A model generated the notes under the pieces. The model was given only the letters and a program-made list of their open reading frames with translations. It had not been told where the DNA came from and ran no database searches. The translations under genes were made by a program, and so were the position numbers. A stretch of 64,000 bases of DNA, from assembly GCA_950097015.1 (NCBI GenBank), contig CATNEN010000038.1:32860001-32924000 (forward strand). The letters are read 5' to 3'. Of the stretch, positions 12,293 through 24,458 are shown one piece after another; the stretch's first letter is position 1, and every line of letters begins with the position of its first letter. This stretch comes from Macrostomum hystrix (taxonomy: Eukaryota; Animalia; Platyhelminthes).

Positions 12293-12314
12293 CTGAAAAA
12301 GGATGTTGCAATTG

Positions 12315-13288
12315 GTGTCTGAACGTAGAACAGGTTGTCTTTTTGTAGGACAGGGTGTCTGAATGCAGGACAGGGTGTCTTTGTATAGGACAGGGTGTCT
12401 TTTTGTAGGTCAGGGTGACGTTTTGAAGGTCAGGGTGACGTTTTGTAGGTCAGGGTGACGTTTTGTAGGTCAGGGTGACGTTTTGTAGGTCAGGGTGTCT
12501 TTTTGTGGGACAGGGTGTCTTTTTGTAGGACATGGTGTCTTTTTGTAGGACAGGGTGACTTTTTGTAGGTCAGGGTGTCTTTTTGTGGGACAGGGTGTCT
12601 TTTTGTAGGTCAGGGTGTCTTTTTGTGGGACAGGGTGTCTTTGTATAGGACAGGGTGTCTTTTTGTAGGTCAGGGTGACGTTTTGAAGGTCAGGGTGACG
12701 TTTTGTAGGTCAGGGTGACGTTTTGTAGGTCAGGGTGACGTTTTGTAGGTCAGGGTGTCTTTTTGTGGGACAGGGTGTCTTTTTGTAGGACATGGTGTCT
12801 TTTTGTAGGACAGGGTGACTTTTTGTAGGTCAGGGTGTCTTTTTGTGGGACAGGGTGTCTTTTTGTAGGTCAGGGTGTCTGAATGCAGGACAGGGTGTCT
12901 TTTTGTAGGTCAGGGTGACTTTTTGTAGGTCAGGGTGTCTTTTTGTAGGTCAGGGTGTCTGAATGCAGGACAGGGTGTCTTTTCGTGGGACAGGGTGTTT
13001 TTTAAGACGGTGTCTGAATTTTGGACAGGGTGTCTTTTTGTAACACCGGGTGTGTTTTTTAGGACAGGGTGACTTTTTGTAGGTCAGGGTGTCTGAATGC
13101 AGGACAGGGTGTCTTTTTGTGGGACAGGGTGTCTTTGTATAGGACAGGGTGTCTGAATGCTGGACAGTGTGTCTTTTTGTAGGACAGGGTGTTTTTTAAG
13201 ACGGTGTCTGAATTTTGGACAGGGTGTCTTTTTGTAACACCGGGTGTGTTTTTTAGGACAGGGTGTCTTTTTGCAGGGCAGGGTGTCT
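12315..13288. repeat. ~20-bp minisatellite (GGACAGGGTGTCTTTTTGTA) filling Elk intron 4
   Basis: Direct inspection. Confidence 0.96.
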
Positions 13289-13315
13289 AAAGTTAAGCCA
13301 TTGGTTAATATCTAC

Positions 13316-13677
13316 CTTGTTCAACTGGCTAAAGTGTTTGGTCTTATTGCGCGAATTAAACTGTCCACTGAGGTGATAGAGCACTGCTCTCGATCTCCGC
13401 CTTTTGTAACCGCCAGGGCCTAACAGTGCGGTCGATTGCTGCTGCTGCTGCTGCTGCTGCGAGTCAGTAGTTTTGATCGATTGATCACTGTCTTCGTCTT
13501 CACCAATGTCATGGTCAAAGTCCTTTGTCGACTTGTTCGATACAACCTGTCGATTAGACCAATTAGATAAAGAATATTGTTGTCTGCACCTGCTGCTGCT
13601 GCTGCCGGCTGCTGCTGCTAGCGAAGCTGTTACAGCTGGAGACGCTATGCCAGCTGTGGTCTGAATGTGCATGGACA
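13316..13677 (-). CDS. KCNH8: Elk/KCNH channel exon 4 (low-complexity linker with polyQ/polyA)
   Basis: Contains the Elk linker motif RRRSRAVLYHLSG. Donor GTAGAT. Acceptor CCGCAG fits the phase; a second in-phase AG lies about 24 nt downstream, so the 5' boundary is less certain. Confidence 0.8.
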
Positions 13678-13745
13678 CTGCGGTTGGTTTTTGTGAGAAT
13701 AAAGGTGCCATCGTGATTAACAATAAAAATACTTTTCAACTTAGC

Positions 13746-14700
13746 GTCTCTCATCTCTCATGTGTCTCATCTCTCCCGTGTCTCATCTCTCCCGTGTCTC
13801 ATCTCTCCCGTGTCTCATCTCTCCCGTGTCTCATCTCTCCCGTGTCTCATCTCTCCCGTGTCTCATCTCTCCTGTGTCTCATCTCTCCCGTGTCTCATCT
13901 CTCCCGTGTCTCATCTCTCCCGTGTCTCATCTCTCCCGTGTCTCATCTCTCCCCTGTCTCATCTCTCTCCTGTCTCATCTCTCTCCTGTCTCATCTCTCC
14001 CCTGTCTCATATTTCCCCTGTCTCATCTCTCTCCTGTCTCATCTCTCCCGTGTCTCATCTCTCCTGTCTCATCTCTCCCCTGTCTCATATTTCTCCTGTC
14101 TCATCTCTCTCCTGTCTCATCTCTCCCGTGTCTCATCTCTCCTGTGTCTCATCTCTACCGTGTCTCATCTCTCCCGTGTCTCATCTCTCCCGTGTCTCAT
14201 CTCTCCTGTGTCTCATCTCTCCCGTGTCTCATCTCTCCCGTGTCTCATCTCTCCCGTGTCTCATCTCTCCTGTGTCTCATCTCTCCCGTGTCTCATCTCT
14301 CCCGTCTCATATTTCCCCCAGTGTGTCTCATCTCTCTCCTGTCTCATCTCTCCCCTGTCTCATATTTCCCTGTCTCATCTCTCTCCTGTCTCATCTCTCC
14401 CGTGTCTCATCTCTCCTGTCTCATCTCTCCCGTGTCTCATCTCTCCCCTGTCTCATCTCTCCCGTGTCTCATCTCTCCACTGTCTCATCTCTCCCCTGTC
14501 TCATCTCTCCACTGTCTCATCTCTCCCGTGTCTCATCTCTCCTTGTGTCTCATCTCTCCCCTGTCTCATCTCTCCCGTGTCTCATCTCTCCCCTGTCTTC
14601 ATCTCTCCACTGTCTCATCTCTCCCGTGTCTCATCTCTCCTTGTGTCTCATCTCTCCCGTGTCTCATCTGTCCCGTGTCTCATCTCTTCCCTGTCTCATA
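13746..14700. repeat. 17-bp minisatellite (CTCATCTCTCCCGTGT-type) filling Elk intron 3
   Basis: Direct inspection. Confidence 0.96.
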
Positions 14701-14771
14701 TTTGAATGCACTAGAATGTACTAGAAATGCACTAATAATGCACTAGAATGTACTTTAACTCCATAGCTTAC

Positions 14772-14939
14772 GCATCTCGCCAGCAGCCGCCAGCAGTTTA
14801 CAGCCGCCCTCCTCTGAAGCTTCGTCGGCCAGACTGCGACTCTCCCTGGTGATGTCCTTGTGCGACGCCAGGAATAGCACCACTTCTCCTTTCTCGTTCT
14901 TGATTGGCACAATATCGAGTAGGCACAGGAACGGCTTGC
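14772..14939 (-). CDS. KCNH8: Elk/KCNH channel exon 3 (PAC motif)
   Basis: GKPFLCLLDIVPIKNEKGEVVLFLASHKDIT. Acceptor AACAG, donor GTAAGC, 168 nt, phase 1/1. Confidence 0.93.
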
Positions 14940-15052
14940 CTGTTTTTGTTCCGGTAAAAGTACATTGATAAACGTGCTGTATGCTGGCACAATTTGTAAC
15001 TGGTGCTAAGTTTTCAGTTCAGCCAATTAAAGAGACACTAAATAGTTAAAAA

Positions 15053-16227
15053 GGATAACAGGTGAGACACTGAATGATAACAGGTGAGACACTGAATGAT
15101 AACAGGTGAGACACTGAATGATAACAGGTGAGACACTGAATTATAACAGGTGAGACACTGAATGACAACAGGTGAGACACTGAATGATAACAGGTGAGAC
15201 ACTGAATGATAACAGCTGAGACACTGAAGGATAACAGGTGAGACACGGAATGATAACAGGTGAGACACTGAATGATAACAGGTGAGACACTGAATGATAA
15301 CAGGTGAAACACTGAATGATAACAGGTGAAACACTGAATGATAACAGGTGAGACACTGAATGATAACAGGTGAGACACTGAATGACAACAGGTGAGACAC
15401 TGAATGATAACAGGTGAGACACTGAATGATAACAGGTGAGACACGGAATGATAACAGGTGAGACACTGAAGGATAACAGGTGAGACACTGAATGACAACA
15501 GGTGAGACACTGAATGATAACAGGTGAGACACTGAATGATAACAGGTGAGACACGGAATGATAACAGGTGAGACACTGAATGATAACAGGTGAGACACTG
15601 AATGATAACAGGTGAGACACTGAATGATAACAGGTGAGACACTGAATGATAACAGGTGAGACACTGAATGATAACAGGTGAGACACTGAATGATAACAGG
15701 TGAAACACTGAATGATAACAGGTGAAACACTGAATGATAACAGGTGAGACACTGAATGATAACAGCTGAGACACTGAATGACAACAGCTGAGACACTGAA
15801 TGACAACAGGTGAGACACTGAATGATAACAGGTGAGACACTGAATGATAACAGGTGAGACACTGAAGGATAACGGGTGAGACACTGAAGTATAACAGGTG
15901 AGACACTGAATGATAACAGCTGAGACACTGAAGGATAACAGGTGAGACACTGAAGGATAACAGGTGAGACACTGAATGATAACAGCTGAGACACTGAATG
16001 ATAACGGGTGAGACACTGAATGACAACAGGTGAGACACTGAATGACAACAGGTGAGACACTGAATGACAACAGCTGAGACACTGAAGGATAACGGGTGAG
16101 ACACTGAATGATAACAGCTGAGACACTGAAGGATAACAGCTGAGACACTGAAGGATAACAGGTGAGACACTGAAGGATAACAGGTGAGACACTGAAGGAT
16201 AACGGGTGAGACACTGAAGTATAACAG
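15053..16227. repeat. 22-bp minisatellite (ATAACAGGTGAGACACTGAATG) in Elk intron 2
   Basis: About 53 units. Confidence 0.97.
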
Positions 16228-16361
16228 ACCAATGATTTTCAAATGAAAAGTTGTGGAGTCACTTAATTATGGAAGTGGATTCCCAAATCTTAGAGGAGGA
16301 TTCCCAATTCGTAGAAGAGGATTCCCAAATAGTAGGAGGGGATTCTCAATTCTCAACTCAC

Positions 16362-16592
16362 CGGCCTTGGTGTAGAAGATGACCTCGGTCTTCATCTCTG
16401 TCTTGTCCTTCAGGCTGGATTCGATCGCTTCAGTTGCCGCCGCCTCGGTGGCTTCGCCCCAGAGGAACTTGCAGGCGCAGCTGCGTGACATCACGCTGGC
16501 CCGGGAGAAGCCCGTCAGCTCGCAGAAGCCGTCGGAGCAGTACACAATGGGTCTTTCGGCTGCCTGGGCGTTGCCAAGCACGAAATTGCTGT
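16362..16592 (-). CDS. KCNH8: Elk/KCNH channel exon 2 (PAS domain)
   Basis: (H)SNFVLGNAQ..PIVYCSDGFCELTGFSRASVMSRSCACKFLWG. Acceptor TTCCAG, donor GTGAGT, phases match exons 1 and 3. Confidence 0.95.
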
Positions 16593-16619
16593 CTGGAATG
16601 ATTGAGAATTTCAATCGAA

Positions 16620-16950
16620 CAGGATTTACAATTTAGAAGTAGGATTTTTAATTTAGAAATGGGATTTTCAATTTAGAAATGGGATTTCCAATTTAGAAAT
16701 TGGATTTTCAATTTAGAAATGGGATTTCCAATTTAGAAATGGGATTTTCAATTTAGAAATGGGATTTCCAATTTAGAAATGGGATTTCCAATTTAGAAAT
16801 GGGATTTTCAATTTAGAAATTTAGAAATGGGATTTCCAATTTAGTAATTTAGAAATGGGATTTAGTATTAGGATTTCCAATTTCGATGATTGAGAAATGG
16901 ATACTGAAAATGCGATTACTGATTTAGAAAATGGGATTTCCAATTTAGCG
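16620..16950. repeat. 20-bp minisatellite (AATTTAGAAATGGGATTTCC)
   Basis: Direct inspection; next to the exon 2 acceptor. Confidence 0.9.
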
Positions 16951-17265
16951 ACAAAAATATTATTTTAATATTGAGGATTTCCGAAACTATAGTTTCTAAT
17001 GTTAAAAGAGAAATGGATGCAGAAGTTTTGGTAAGCTAAGCATTTTTGCATATTTCTTTTTCGCTACCACGTACAGAACGAGCAAAAAATATTTTTGTGT
17101 CCGGCAACATCGCATCGCTTGGTATGAAATGTGGGTGCACTTTTATACAGACAAGATAAGCGGTTTGTGACTTGATTTACGAGCAACACTGAATGCTTGT
17201 TATTGGGCGATTCAATCTTAGAGATATGGTATAATAGATCCAGAACTGAATGTAAATAGTTGTGC

Positions 17266-17468
<203 letters not shown>

Positions 17469-18044
17469 GGTTAGCAGCAGTTGTTTCCAAGTCATAAAAT
17501 ACAATTTGCCCACTCCTCCGCCTTAAGGCACATAGTTTCTGAAAAATTTCACTGCTTTTTGGACAAAATAATTTTGAAACAGCAACCTTGTGCAAGGAAT
17601 ATTGTATCATTGCGCGGATCCTGGCTATTTTAATCGCAGACTTCAAAGGCTGTTAGATTTTGCATCTATCAACAACAATTCAAGTCGCTATTTCAGCTAT
17701 CCAGGAAATCGTGATAAAAAAGCCTCTGTTTCTGTTGTTTTTGCCTCAAAAAACATCGGCAAGTTAACAGGACATTGTTTCTGCAGCTATTCAAAAGCAG
17801 AACAAAAAATATAGCAAGTAAAAGTCGCTAGTACTGAGAGAATTACCTGAAGTCCTGACAAAGCCAACACGCTATTCGCGAGTAGATACAACTCAGAATG
17901 CTTCCTAGGGGACTCATTTTTCATGTTATTGCTACTCAATTTAATTATGTTAAAGTCACTGCACGAGAATGGTTTTTATGGATGGATTTTTAAATAGAGT
18001 TTCTAAAGGCATTCTGCTTTTTCCTGCCATTTCTATTTATATCC

Positions 18045-18932
18045 TTGAGTCTGAGTACTTTTGTAAAACAGAGCGCTTTCGTGAATCAGAGAACTTTTGT
18101 GAATCAGAGCACTGTTGTGAATCAGAGTACTGTTGTGAATCAGAGAACTGTTGTGAATCAGAGAACTGTTGTGAATCAGAGCACTGTTGTGAATCAGAGT
18201 ACTGTTGTGAATCAGAGTACTGTTGTGAATCAGAGTACTGTTGTGAATCAGAGTACTGTTGTGAATCAGAGTACTGTTGTGAATCAGAGCACTGTTGTGA
18301 ATCAGAGAACTGTTGTGAATCAGAGTACTGTTGTGAATCAGAGTACTGTTGTGAATCAGAGTACTGTTGTGAATCAGAGCACTGTTGTGAATCAGAGTAC
18401 TGTTGTGAATCAGAGTACTGTTGTGAATCAGAGTACTGTTGTGAATCAGAGAACTGTTGTGAATCAGAGTACTGTTGTGAATCAGAGTACTGTTGTGAAT
18501 CAGAGAACTGTTGTGAATCAGAGAACTGTTGTGAATCAGAGCACTGTTGTGAATCAGAGTACTGTTGTGAATCAGAGTACTGTTGTGAATCAGAGAACTG
18601 TTGTGAATCAGAGTACTGTTGTGAATCAGAGCACTGTTGTGAATCAGAGTACTGTTGTGAATCAGAGTACTGTTGTGAATCAGAGTACTGTTGTGAATCA
18701 GAGTACTGTTGTGAATCAGAGAACTGTTGTGAATCAGAGTACTGTTGTGAATCAGAGTACTGTTGTGAATCAGAGTACTGTTGTGAATCAGAGAACTGTT
18801 GTGAATCAGAGTACTGTTGTGAATCAGAGCACTGTTGTGAATCAGAGTACTGTTGTGAATCAGAGTACTGTTGTGAATCAGAGTACTGTTGTGAATCAGA
18901 GTACTGTTGTGAGTCAGAGTACTGTTGTGAGT
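18045..18932. repeat. 18-bp minisatellite (GTGAATCAGAGTACTGTT) in Elk intron 1
   Basis: Units vary almost only at one position (T/A/C). Confidence 0.97.
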
Positions 18933-18977
18933 GATTGCTTTTGAATCATGTAAAATTTAGTCTATCAAAAGACTTAC

Positions 18978-19047
18978 GCGTGCCATCAAATCTAGTTGCT
19001 ATGGTATTCAGAAAAGTGTTCTGTGGAGCTAGAAGCCCTCTCGGCAT
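18978..19047 (-). CDS. KCNH8: Elk/KCNH8-like voltage-gated K+ channel, coding exon 1 (PAS-cap)
   Basis: Translates [23 protein letters not shown], the Elk-subfamily N-terminus. Donor GTAAGT, phase 1. Too short for the ORF track. Confidence 0.93.
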
Positions 19048-19384
19048 GGTGATTTTTGTCTGTTGTTAATTTCACAAGTTGCTCTGTAAATTAGAAATCT
19101 CGTAAAAATGGTGTGTGTCGTCTGATAATCAGGATTTAAACTCGATTAAAATGCACAAAAACTTCCCGAAAAGCAGCAAATCAACCCTCAGTCCTTGAAG
19201 TATTTTTTATGTAGCTATTCCGTCTCCCCATTGGCTGCGGATGAAATACAGTTGGAGGCCGGGCTGTATGAAGCACGTTAGTCAGTGTGTTCCCTGCACC
19301 AATAATATACCAGCTGGGGATTGAAATGTGAAGCGATGTTATGATTATTGACTTGGCAACACGGAATTAGCCGCAGCTATGGCA

Positions 19385-19595
19385 AGATACATCTGACGGC
19401 TGCGTATGACCATTCAGTCCACGGACAATTAACCCACCCGATGCTGGTATCTACTCGTATTTAACAACTGCAGTTTAACTAAAGCAATTTAGGGTTAAGT
19501 GTCTTGCTAAATTATGCTATTTGTTCCAGTGAAGCCCCAGGAATCGAACCCCGACCTTAAAGTCGTGAGGCCGACGCTCTAGCCACCACTAAGCC
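19385..19595 (-). mobile_element. SINE family A, degraded, between the divergent Elk and GILT starts
   Basis: GGAATCGAACCCCGACCTTAAAGTCGTGAG head, GTTAAGTGTCTTGCT core, CAGTCCACGGAC tail motif. Confidence 0.8.
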
Positions 19596-19905
19596 CTCTG
19601 ACAGTTTAATTACCGAGACTTGCAAAAGCAGAAATTTACGTAATTACATATTTTTCTTTATCTTATTAGCTCAGCTGTTTATCGACTTTGCATTTGCTGT
19701 TTATAGAAAAAAAGTGAACGACGCATAAACTTTTCACCGATAGCTAAACTTTTCTTCAGGTAAGAAAAACAGCACAATTCTCGGGTATAAATTAAGCCTT
19801 ATCATTGAATATTAGACTAATAGAGACTCGTGTTTGATAAGCGAATTAACTAACTTCACTTCGATTTTTTGGACAATTTGACAATTTTTTAGACAATTGC
19901 TCAGC

Positions 19906-20466
19906 ATGAGATTGCCTGCCATCGTTTCTCTGCTCCTAGTGTCAGCCGCAGCTGCTGTACCAGATGCCGCGGTCGGAGTGGACAGTCCAGTGGCTGTCAC
20001 TCTCTACATGGAGAGTCTGTGTCCTGGTTGTCAGGCCCTCTTTGCCAGCCAACTGTACCCGACCTGGTTGAAGCTGAATTCAACCGGAATCCTAGCCGTG
20101 GACGTTGTCCCTTATGGCAATGCTCGCGAGCAGCAACAAGGCGATAAGTGGGTGTTCACCTGTCAGCACGGAGACATGGAATGCGTCGGCAACCAGTTGG
20201 AGACATGCGCAATCAAACTGCTCGTTAGTCCGCCCAGGTGGCTGCCCTACTTGCACTGTATCGAGGTCGGGCTGGCGAACGGTAGTAGCGATGCTCTCCA
20301 GGTTGCTAAGGACTGCTCGACCGCTGTGCAGCCCAATATCAACTTTGATGACATTAGCAACTGCGCACTGAGCAGTCAGGGCAACCAGTGGGAGCATGAG
20401 ATGGGCCAGAGGACCGAGGCTTTGAACCCGCCGCATCAATACGTGCCTTGGGTCACCGTCAATGGG
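19906..20466 (+). CDS. IFI30: GILT (gamma-interferon-inducible lysosomal thiol reductase) exon 1
   Basis: Signal peptide, YMESLCPGC active-site CxxC, signature CQHGDMECVGNQLETC, YVPWVTVNG. Donor GTGAGG. Confidence 0.96.
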
Positions 20467-20524
20467 GTGAGGATATGGGTTGATGTGCGTGGCGAGTTAT
20501 GTCGAGACAAGGTTTAATGAGTCT

Positions 20525-20970
20525 ATAGATGTGCCTTCAGTAAATCGGTAGATGTGACTTCAGTAAATCGGTAGATGTGACTTCAGTAAATCGGTAGATG
20601 TGACTTCAGTAAATCGGTAGATGTGCCTTCAGAAAGTCGGTAGATGTGCCTTCAGTAAGTCAGTAGATGAGTGCTTAATGATTCTATATATGTGCTTTCA
20701 GTGAATCGATAGACATGCCTTCAGTAAGTCGGTAGATGTGCCTTCAGTAAGTCGGTAGATGTGCCTTCAGTATGTCGGTAGATGTGCCTCCATTAAGTCG
20801 GTAGATGTCCTTTCGGTTAGTCGATAGATATATTTTGTGCTTTTAATGCGTTTTTTCTATGTGCTTTAAATGGGTCAATAGATGTGCTTTTAAGTAAGTC
20901 GATAGATTTAGTCGATAGACTTAAAAAGCTTTCAATGAATCTAAAGATGTCTTTTAGTAAGTCGATAGAT
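20525..20970. repeat. 22-bp minisatellite (GTAGATGTGCCTTCAGTAAGTC-type) in the GILT intron
   Basis: Homogeneous at the 5' end, decaying 3'. Confidence 0.9.
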
Positions 20971-21232
20971 AGATAGAGTCGTCAGTTGAGGGAAATTCCT
21001 TAATTAGTTTTCCAACCGACAGCATTAACTCCCTCGAGGGTCCAAATCTAACTAGATTATTCTAATCTGATAACACACTCCCATAGAATCTGTTGAAAAA
21101 TTCAACATCTCAGGTGCGAAATTAAACATGAGATGTGTTCATGTGTATAAGCGTAGTTTCACGTGATACTACTTTAAGGATCTATGATAAGAATCCAATT
21201 AAATTCAGGCAATTTATTGTTCACACTAACAG

Positions 21233-21376
21233 GTGCACACGGACCAGATTCAGAAGCGGGCGGAAAATAATCTTTTAAAACTGGTTTGCGACACCTACAC
21301 AGGCGTCAAGCCGAAGGAATGCGGCGCCTTTGATGTCGTTGACAAGCGACATTGTCCAAAACAAGTGAACTGGTGA
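21233..21376 (+). CDS. IFI30: GILT exon 2; spliced protein 234 aa
   Basis: VHTDQIQKRAENNLLKLVCDTYTGVKPKEC..stop, a typical GILT C-terminus. CTAAC/AG acceptor, phase 0. Confidence 0.92.
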   Translation: MHTDQIQKRAENNLLKLVCDTYTGVKPKECGAFDVVDKRHCPKQVNW

Positions 21377-21595
21377 TTTTTATTTCGGCGAAACAAAACT
21401 GTAACAGTATTTTACAACCAAATTAAGCAATGATTTCATGTGATGAATAAAACTGCAATATTTGAAGAGAAAGACTATAGAATTGATAATCAATATAGCA
21501 ACTGTTGAAGGAACAAGGCCGATAAATGAAACCAATGCCAATTGTTTGCCGGATTTGCAGCACAAACTAATTCGATTTCACCTGCCCCAATTGGG

Positions 21596-21865
21596 TTAGA
21601 TGTGCAGCCGACAGCACAACCGCAGCTAATGCGCGGCGCATCTGAAGGCTGCGTACAGCTGTTAAGTCCATGGACTGGGGGGACGCCACACCCACCTTCA
21701 ATTATCCCAGCTGATGCTGGTACCCATTTAACATCTGGGTGAACTGAAGCAATGCAAAGTTAAGTGTCTTGCTGAAGGACACAAATTGTTCAGGGGAGTC
21801 GGGAATCGAACCCCCGACCTTCAAGTCGTGAGTCCGACGCCCTAACCACTAGGCTACAACCTCTC
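21596..21865 (-). mobile_element. SINE family A, near full length
   Basis: Reverse complement aligns with 2938-3186 along its length. Confidence 0.88.
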
Positions 21866-22311
21866 TGCACAAACTAAAACCCATGATTATTTTATTGTTG
21901 CTAAAATGTTGATTTGACTATTTTTTAAGTTAACAATTACACGCTTGAATGTGTTCTTAACTGCTTTCCAATTATTTTCAGGACTCTTGTATTTCCAACG
22001 GGTTAGGAAAACAGCGGATTTAATTACAGAGGCATCACGCATCACGCGCGTGATCTTACGATTAAAACTTTCCTCTGACCTTGGCCTTAGGCGATGAGCG
22101 AAACGCAACCTACCCTAGCTGAGCCGCGCTTTGATTGGTTGAAAATCTCTAGGTAGGCTTATTTAAGATCTGAGCGGTAATCAAAAGTGGTTATATACAT
22201 GGTATAGTCTGGAAGTAACAGTTATATACACATCACAATACCACTTTGTAAATAGCTAGCATGAGAACTGGCCTGACATGTAAGCGGTCAACATTTTAAT
22301 TTTCTAGAATT

Positions 22312-22399
22312 TTATATTCTTCTTCTTCTGAACATCAGTTTCTGCTGAATGCGCAGCGATCGACACAATGGTCCAGCGAAGCCGCGTTTGCACACGCAT
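22312..22399 (-). CDS. Small EGF-like protein, exon 2; spliced protein 110 aa
   Basis: Acceptor TTTCCAG. In the phase set by exon 1 it reads CVCKRGFAGPLC (EGF C-x-C-x2-G-F-x-G-x2-C), then a basic tail and TAA. Confidence 0.75.
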
Positions 22400-22549
22400 C
22401 TGGAAATTGTTAGTAGCCAGCTAAATTGCGTTGCTGAACTCAGAACTCCAAGAAAATCGGCATAAAACTCGTGGCATGTGTGTGAAATGACGACAAAAAC
22501 TTATGAAATGTTAAATATATTGATTTAGTGGGTACCATAATGTATCACA

Positions 22550-23580
22550 ATGTGTCAGAATGTCTAGAGTGTGTCAGAATAGGCCTGAGAGTGTCAGAAT
22601 GTCTAGTGTGTGTCCGAATAGGTCTGAGATTGTTAGAATGTGTCAGAATGTGTCAGAATGCGTCAGAATGTGTCAGAATGTCTAGAGTGTGTCAGAATAG
22701 GCCTGAGAGTGTTAGAATGTGTCAGAATGTGTCAGAATGCGTCAGAATGTGCTAGAATGCGTCAAAATGTGTCAGAAGTGAGAAGTCAGAAGTGTGTCAG
22801 ACTGTCAGAAGAAAGTGTCATGCTGTACCAGACTGTATCAGTAGAAAGTGTCATGCTGTACTAGACTGTATCAGTAGAAAGTGTCATGCAGTACCAGACT
22901 GTATCACTAGAAAGTGTCATGCTGTACCAGACTGTGTCAGGAGAAAGTGTCAGGCAGTACCAGACTGTATCACTAGAAAGTGTCATGCAGTACCAGACTG
23001 TATCAGTAGAAAGTGTCATGCAGTACCAGACTGTATCACTAGAAAGTGTCATGCTGTACCAGACTGTGTCAGGAGAAAGTGTCAGGCAGTACCAGACTGT
23101 GTCACTAGAAAGTGTCATGCAGTACCAGACTGTATCAGTAGAAAGTGTCATGCTGTACCAGACTGTGTCAGGAGAAAGTGTCAGGCAGTACCAGACTGTG
23201 TCACTAGAAAGTGTCAGGCAGTACCAGACTGTATCACTAGAAAGTGTCAGGCAGTACCAGACTGTGTCACTAGAAAGTGTCAGGCAGTACCAGACTGTGT
23301 CACTAGAAAGTGTCATGCAGTACCAGACTGTATCAGTAGAAAGTGTCATGCTGTACCAGACTGTATCACTAGAAAGTGTCAGGCAGTACCAGACTGTATC
23401 ACTAGAAAGTGTCAGGCAGTACCAGACTGTGTCACTAGAAAGTGTCATGCAGTACCAGACTGTATCAGTAGAAAGTGTCATGCTGTACCAGACTGTGTCA
23501 GGAGAAAGTGTCATGCTGTACCAGACTGTGTCAGTAGAATTTGTCAGGCAGTAACAGACTGTCAGTAGAAAGTGTCAGCA
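22550..23580. repeat. 10-bp (GTGTCAGAAT) array grading into a 33-bp array in the EGF-gene intron
   Basis: 33-bp unit AGAAAGTGTCATGCAGTACCAGACTGTATCACT. Confidence 0.95.
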
Positions 23581-23597
23581 AGTAATGCCAGACTCAC

Positions 23598-23842
23598 ACA
23601 TAGCGTGGTGAAGTGGACAGCTGAATGCACAGGTTGGTTCCGTGTCGAAAGCACATGTCACATTCGCTGATGTCATCCAGTGTCAGAAGCTGATCTGAAA
23701 TAGCATCCTTGTCGTCGACAGTAGACTGTTCTGTCTGTTGGCTGTACATCGAGATTACAACAATGGCAAACACAAGCAGATAGGTCAGGGCTAGTAACAC
23801 TAGGCAGTGCTGTTTGCTGAAGACGCATGTCCCTATTCGCAT
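23598..23842 (-). CDS. Small signal-anchor/TM protein with one EGF-like domain, exon 1
   Basis: Hydrophobic segment at about aa 13-33, acidic stalk, then C-x2-C-x7-C. Donor GTGAGT, phase 2. Confidence 0.75.
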
Positions 23843-24458
23843 ATTACCTTTGTGCCAGATTATGTCAATCAGTTATTTCAGTTTTTAGGGTCTATAGTTA
23901 TGAGTCAAGTATTTCTTTATGTTTAATAGTCGCTTGCTTTTAAACTAGAAAGAAAAGTAATGAAAAGCCCGGCCTTATCTTGGCTAAGGCTTTCTATTTA
24001 ACTTCTATTATTTCATACCACATTCTAGACCCTAGCTAGCTGAGTATACACACTAAAATGAGTACAACATGTGCAAGCTGCAGATGTACGCCTCAAGCAA
24101 TGTACACAGATTTGGGTTGGGTTGGGCCTCTGCCAAAATTTACCGACATGCGGGCTGCATAGACACATCTATGGCAAGATCATTTTCGTTTTATCGTGTA
24201 GCTTTATTTCGCAGATGCAATCCAAGTTAACCCTTTGAAAAGTCGACTGTTGTTACAGAATAACTTTTTATGGATAGCTGTGAAAGTAAGAAGCGAAAGA
24301 AGATAAGAAACTGATTACTGGACGCTAGGAGAAAACCGATTGTAGATTTGACATAAGTAGATTCAAGATTGAAGAAAAATCGATGAAGTTTGTACTCGCA
24401 CAATTATCGGGATGATGCATTGGAGAATGGCCTACAAACAGTTGGCGAAAAAGAGAGA

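Noticed and set aside
23594-23842. DIPK2A/DIA1-like reading of the CxxC..GTxxC segment
   Set aside because: The in-phase next exon completes an EGF motif and stops; no kinase-like exons follow.
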